Shown here in pieces: positions 59,998-64,000 of a stretch of 64,000 nt of DNA (its first letter is position 1; each line of letters starts with the position of its first letter). This stretch comes from Sulfurospirillaceae bacterium (lineage in GTDB: Bacteria; Campylobacterota; Campylobacteria; Campylobacterales; Sulfurospirillaceae). The translations under genes and the position numbers were made by a program. The DNA lies in assembly GCA_033723415.1 (NCBI GenBank), contig JAWVXD010000005.1, positions 32,001 to 96,000 of the forward strand, read 5' to 3'. The notes under the pieces are model-generated. The model worked only from the letters and a program-made list of their open reading frames with translations. It ran no database searches and was not told where the DNA came from.

Positions 59998-61911
59998 ATG
60001 ATAAATTTAAAAAATAGGCTTATAGCCGTTTACTTTGTAATACTAATATTTTTAACTTCAGGAATCACTTGGTTATATATAAATTCTGATTTGTCACTAA
60101 GCGGTTCAAACAAAGAAATTGCCAATATAGAGGTTATGAGGGCTAAAAATTTTGGAGAAAATATAATAACCCAGATACAATCTTTAGCACCTTTAAATCT
60201 GGTTCAAACCATAAAAGAGAGTAAAAAATTACAAAGAAGAATCACAAATATTCTTTCTTTATTTTCTAATGAACAATACCGCTATGTATATCTTATATAT
60301 CCTGATTCACAGGGCAAACTGAGATATCTGGCAGATGGTTCAAAAGAGTTAAATCAAAGAGGTGAATTAAATCAAAAGTTTGATCCTCTTTCTCCTCTTT
60401 GGACAGAAGTAATAAAAAACAAAAAGCCCATATACACAACTCAACAAAACATATCTGATCTTTGGATAACATATCTTTATCCTATAGTAAAAGCAAATAA
60501 AATTGAAGCGATTCTAGCGTTTGATATCTCGGCAAAAGAGTACACTGACCTCATGAAAGTCGTAACACCATTGCACAATTTCTTATTGATCATATCAATC
60601 TTCATGGTTTTTATTTTGATATTTAGTCTATTTCAAATGTATCTATATTTAAAACAGCAGAAAAAAACCAATATTGATGCACTTACACGTTTATATAATC
60701 GACATTATCTTGATGAAAAAAGAAAAGATATAGATCTCTCCAAGTGTGCTATTATCATAGTAGATATTGACCATTTCAAAAGGATCAATGACAACTTCGG
60801 TCATGACGTAGGCGATATAGTTCTTGAGACTATAGCAAAAAGATTACTGAGTGCTACACGTATATTTGATGCCGTTATAAGATATGGCGGTGAAGAATTT
60901 CTGATAATATTACACAAGCAAGTAGATACAAAAACGATAAGAGAAATTTCGAATAGGATTTTAAGTTCTGTTTCTAAACAACCCATAAGGGCAGAAACAA
61001 GAAATTTACACGTTACTGTATCTATGGGCATAAATCCCCCGACTATTGATAAAATATCGTTAGAAGAAGCTATAGCAAATGCCGATAGAATGTTGTATTT
61101 AGCGAAAACTAGCGGCAGAAATAGAATAGTCATACTGAATGAAGAGATAGGAGACAGTCATATACTTCTTATTGATGAAGTTTCTTTGGCTATACAAGAA
61201 GAACGTTTATGTGCATATTTTCAGCCTATCCTTGACATCAAAACAAACAAGATTAAAAAATATGAAGCTTTGGTCAGGATCATCGGCAAAGACGGAAGAG
61301 TATTTGTGCCTGCTCAATTTTTACGAATGATCAAAAAAACCGGTGTTTATAGAGCCTTAACGAAAAGTATACTATTAGAAGCTTTTGACACCATCAAAAA
61401 AAATAATATCTCTGTCAGTGTCAATTTTGATGTTGGAGACTTTTTTGATGATACTCTTTTTGAAAATGTTAAAGATCTGATAAGCGAAAATATAAAGTAT
61501 GCTAATTTATTAACTATAGAAATACTTGAAGATACACTGATCTCTGATATGGATAATTTTGTGAAAAGATTGAATATCCTAAAAAAAATGAACATACAAA
61601 TCGCTATAGATGACTTTGGTAGCGGCTATTCAAGCTTTAATTACCTAATCCATATCAGACCTGATATCCTAAAAATTGATGGCAGCATCATCTCAAAACT
61701 GCTCATAGATGAAAATGCAAAAACTATAATACAGGGAATAGTAAATATTTGCAAATCATTAAATATATGCAGTATCGCTGAATTTGTTGAGAGTGCGGAA
61801 GTTTTGGAGATACTTAAAGGGTATGGAGTAGATATGGCACAGGGATATTATATCGGCAGGCCAAACAAATCTCTTGTAAATACAAATTTCGGTACTGTTA
61901 TAAATTATTAA
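59998..61911 (+). CDS. Membrane-bound GGDEF-EAL protein with periplasmic Cache-like domain
   Basis: 2 TM; DALTRLYNR, RIFD I-site, RYGGEEF; YEALVR, DDFGSGYSS, KIDGS. Confidence 0.92.
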   Translation: MINLKNRLIAVYFVILIFLTSGITWLYINSDLSLSGSNKEIANIEVMRAKNFGENIITQIQSLAPLNLVQTIKESKKLQRRITNILSLFSNEQYRYVYLIYPDSQGKLRYLADGSKELNQRGELNQKFDPLSPLWTEVIKNKKPIYTTQQNISDLWITYLYPIVKANKIEAILAFDISAKEYTDLMKVVTPLHNFLLIISIFMVFILIFSLFQMYLYLKQQKKTNIDALTRLYNRHYLDEKRKDIDLSKCAIIIVDIDHFKRINDNFGHDVGDIVLETIAKRLLSATRIFDAVIRYGGEEFLIILHKQVDTKTIREISNRILSSVSKQPIRAETRNLHVTVSMGINPPTIDKISLEEAIANADRMLYLAKTSGRNRIVILNEEIGDSHILLIDEVSLAIQEERLCAYFQPILDIKTNKIKKYEALVRIIGKDGRVFVPAQFLRMIKKTGVYRALTKSILLEAFDTIKKNNISVSVNFDVGDFFDDTLFENVKDLISENIKYANLLTIEILEDTLISDMDNFVKRLNILKKMNIQIAIDDFGSGYSSFNYLIHIRPDILKIDGSIISKLLIDENAKTIIQGIVNICKSLNICSIAEFVESAEVLEILKGYGVDMAQGYYIGRPNKSLVNTNFGTVINY

Positions 61912-61934
61912 TACAATTATGATAAAATGTCACT

Positions 61935-62438
61935 ATGAAATTTTTAAAAGACACACCGTTACAAGATAAAATCTTAAATTATATTTTTAAAACATCGAAC
62001 AGACCTGTAAGGTTCAAAGACTTATTGTTGGCAAATGCTTTATTCAATGAAGGAATGCATGTCGATCCTGCAAAGCTTGGCTTTCGTATGATAATAAAAA
62101 ATACATATATCATATATGCTATCTTTTGTCTTATGATACTTATCCCTGTGCTGGTCGTATTACATATCTTCTTCTTAAATATTGATTTTCATATATCTAT
62201 CCTGGGAACTGCACTGGTGACCTCAGCAATTTTTATCGGTTTTCAATATTTTTATTCTTGTGTCAGAGATCAAATGACGTTAAAGATCATAAAAAACTCT
62301 TGGAGCATACATTTTCCATATTTTTCTTATGAAAAGTATAATAAAGAAGTCGAAAAAATCTTCAACGAAGCAATGAAAAAAGAAGTAAAGAAAAACGATC
62401 TACAACAATACGTGATGGATCGACTCTCTTCACTTTAA
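61935..62438 (+). CDS. Hypothetical membrane protein (2 TM)
   Basis: 167-aa ORF with two hydrophobic helices, typical codon usage. Confidence 0.7.
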   Translation: MKFLKDTPLQDKILNYIFKTSNRPVRFKDLLLANALFNEGMHVDPAKLGFRMIIKNTYIIYAIFCLMILIPVLVVLHIFFLNIDFHISILGTALVTSAIFIGFQYFYSCVRDQMTLKIIKNSWSIHFPYFSYEKYNKEVEKIFNEAMKKEVKKNDLQQYVMDRLSSL

Positions 62439-64000
62439 TTCTCCCCAGTTTTTGCCTATTTTTACTGAGACTCTTAAAGGAACTTTCAACTCATAGATAT
62501 TTTCCATGATATCTTTTGCTTTTTTTGAAAATTCATCTACCAGCTCATCTTTTACTTCAAATATTAATTCATCGTGTATTTGAAGTAAAAGCTTTGAATT
62601 CTCATCCTGAATAGAACTTACGATCTTATTCATAGCCATCTTTATCAAATCTGCCACACTTCCTTGAAATACGGTATTGACAGCTTCTCTTAAATAAGAG
62701 GCATAAAGCATTGCATTTGCATTTTCAAAATCAAAATATCTTCTTCTTTTCAAAATGGTCTGAGAGTATCCTTTTTCTTTTGCTTCTTCTTCAATCTTAT
62801 GCAAAAATTGTTTTACAGTAGGGAAAGATGAAAAATAATTTTCAATATAGACTTTTGCATCTGCTTGGCTAACATGAATAGTTTGTGATAATTTTCTAGG
62901 TCCCATACCATACAGTAAACCAAAATTTATGCTTTTTGCTATACCTCTTTTTTCTTTTGCTTCATCTGAACCGAATATTTTGACTGCTGTTTCATAGTGA
63001 ATGTCTTTTTCATTCAAAAATGCATTTAAAAGAGCCGTATCTCCGCTAAAATGAGCCAATAGTCTCAACTCTATTTGGGAATAATCAATCCCTACAAGAC
63101 TAAATCCTTTTTTTGAGATAAAACCGGTTCGTACTTCCCTGCCTAATTCAGTTTTTACCGGTATATTTTGTAAATTTGGATTTTTAGAACTAAGTCTCCC
63201 CGTTGCAGTTCCAGTTTGCAAGAACGATGTATGAATCCTTGCATTTTTATCTTTTAACCCTAATTTATATAAAGGCTCAATATAAGTTGATTTTAGTTTA
63301 TGTATCTCTCTGTATTCCAATATTTTTGGAATCACTCGGTGTTCGTTTATGAGATTGTTCAAAACTTTTTCATCTGTGCTGTATCCGGTTTTTGTTTTCT
63401 TTGCAGCTTTTAAGCCTAAATCTTCAAATAAAACTTTTCCTAACTGCTGCACTGAATTTATATTAAATTCGCAACCGCAGTCTTCATATATAGCATATTT
63501 TAATTTTTCTATTAATTGCTGAGCATTTTCGAGCAAGACTTTGAGATATCTAACATCAACTCCTATCCCCTCTTTTTCCATTTTCAAAAGTGTAAAGATA
63601 AAAGGAAACTCTAATTTTTTTGCCAAATCTATTAATTCTGGTTCTAGGAAATCTATAATTTTATAATACACTTTTAATGTCATCCAAGCATCTTCACTTG
63701 CATATAACAAAGCAGAATCTATATCTACAGAATCAAATGTTTCACCTTTTTTAACCGTGTCTTTGAATTTGATCATTTTATGATTAAAAAATCTTAATGC
63801 CAAAGCATCCAATCCTATACTTTTTTCAGGATTTAAAAGCCAAGCCAAGATCATTGTATCAGCATAGATATTTATATCTTTAAACTCAAAATTATTTTCT
63901 ATTACAGCTAAATCATATTTTAAATTTTGACCTACTATTCTATGTTTAAAAAGCTTTTCTATCGCAACTTTTGCATCATCTAATTTTACTTGATTCCCGA
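62430..64000 (-). CDS. polA: DNA polymerase I, C-terminal part (5' end outside window)
   Basis: TATGRLSS.NPNLQNIP, DYSQIELR, AKSINFGLLYG, LQIHDEL. Confidence 0.97.
   Translation of the reverse strand, partial: GNQVKLDDAKVAIEKLFKHRIVGQNLKYDLAVIENNFEFKDINIYADTMILAWLLNPEKSIGLDALALRFFNHKMIKFKDTVKKGETFDSVDIDSALLYASEDAWMTLKVYYKIIDFLEPELIDLAKKLEFPFIFTLLKMEKEGIGVDVRYLKVLLENAQQLIEKLKYAIYEDCGCEFNINSVQQLGKVLFEDLGLKAAKKTKTGYSTDEKVLNNLINEHRVIPKILEYREIHKLKSTYIEPLYKLGLKDKNARIHTSFLQTGTATGRLSSKNPNLQNIPVKTELGREVRTGFISKKGFSLVGIDYSQIELRLLAHFSGDTALLNAFLNEKDIHYETAVKIFGSDEAKEKRGIAKSINFGLLYGMGPRKLSQTIHVSQADAKVYIENYFSSFPTVKQFLHKIEEEAKEKGYSQTILKRRRYFDFENANAMLYASYLREAVNTVFQGSVADLIKMAMNKIVSSIQDENSKLLLQIHDELIFEVKDELVDEFSKKAKDIMENIYELKVPLRVSVKIGKNWGELK

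Overview
AT-rich chromosomal window from a Campylobacterota (Epsilonproteobacteria) bacterium. Gene order resembles Campylobacter/Sulfurospirillum: lysS-glyA-DUF1882-SPOR, der-aroK-trpS-serS-pflB, cheY-prmA-ftsH-psd-like-pssA, an LPS core/ADP-heptose cluster, and dnaJ/racRS/recR. Most of it is housekeeping, and I see no rRNA, tRNA, CRISPR array, transposase or prophage gene. The main points of interest are: (1) an unannotated ~80-bp structured repeat at two distant operon junctions (ccoI-ccoS and racS-recR), with two covarying hairpins and a built-in Shine-Dalgarno, forming chains of translationally coupled mini-ORFs; (2) a di-haem cytochrome c peroxidase homolog lacking its catalytic residues, coupled to a membrane PAS-GGDEF-EAL protein inside a redox/NO-signalling island; (3) a TonB-dependent-receptor-like / YfiR-like / GGDEF-EAL trans-envelope module; (4) a Leu-rich leader peptide upstream of leuA with no intrinsic terminator; and (5) a structured rho leader, a probable non-canonical start for a YgjP-like gene, and a Met-rich Spy/CpxP-like gene next to racRS. 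Product calls come from motif recognition only; no searches were run.
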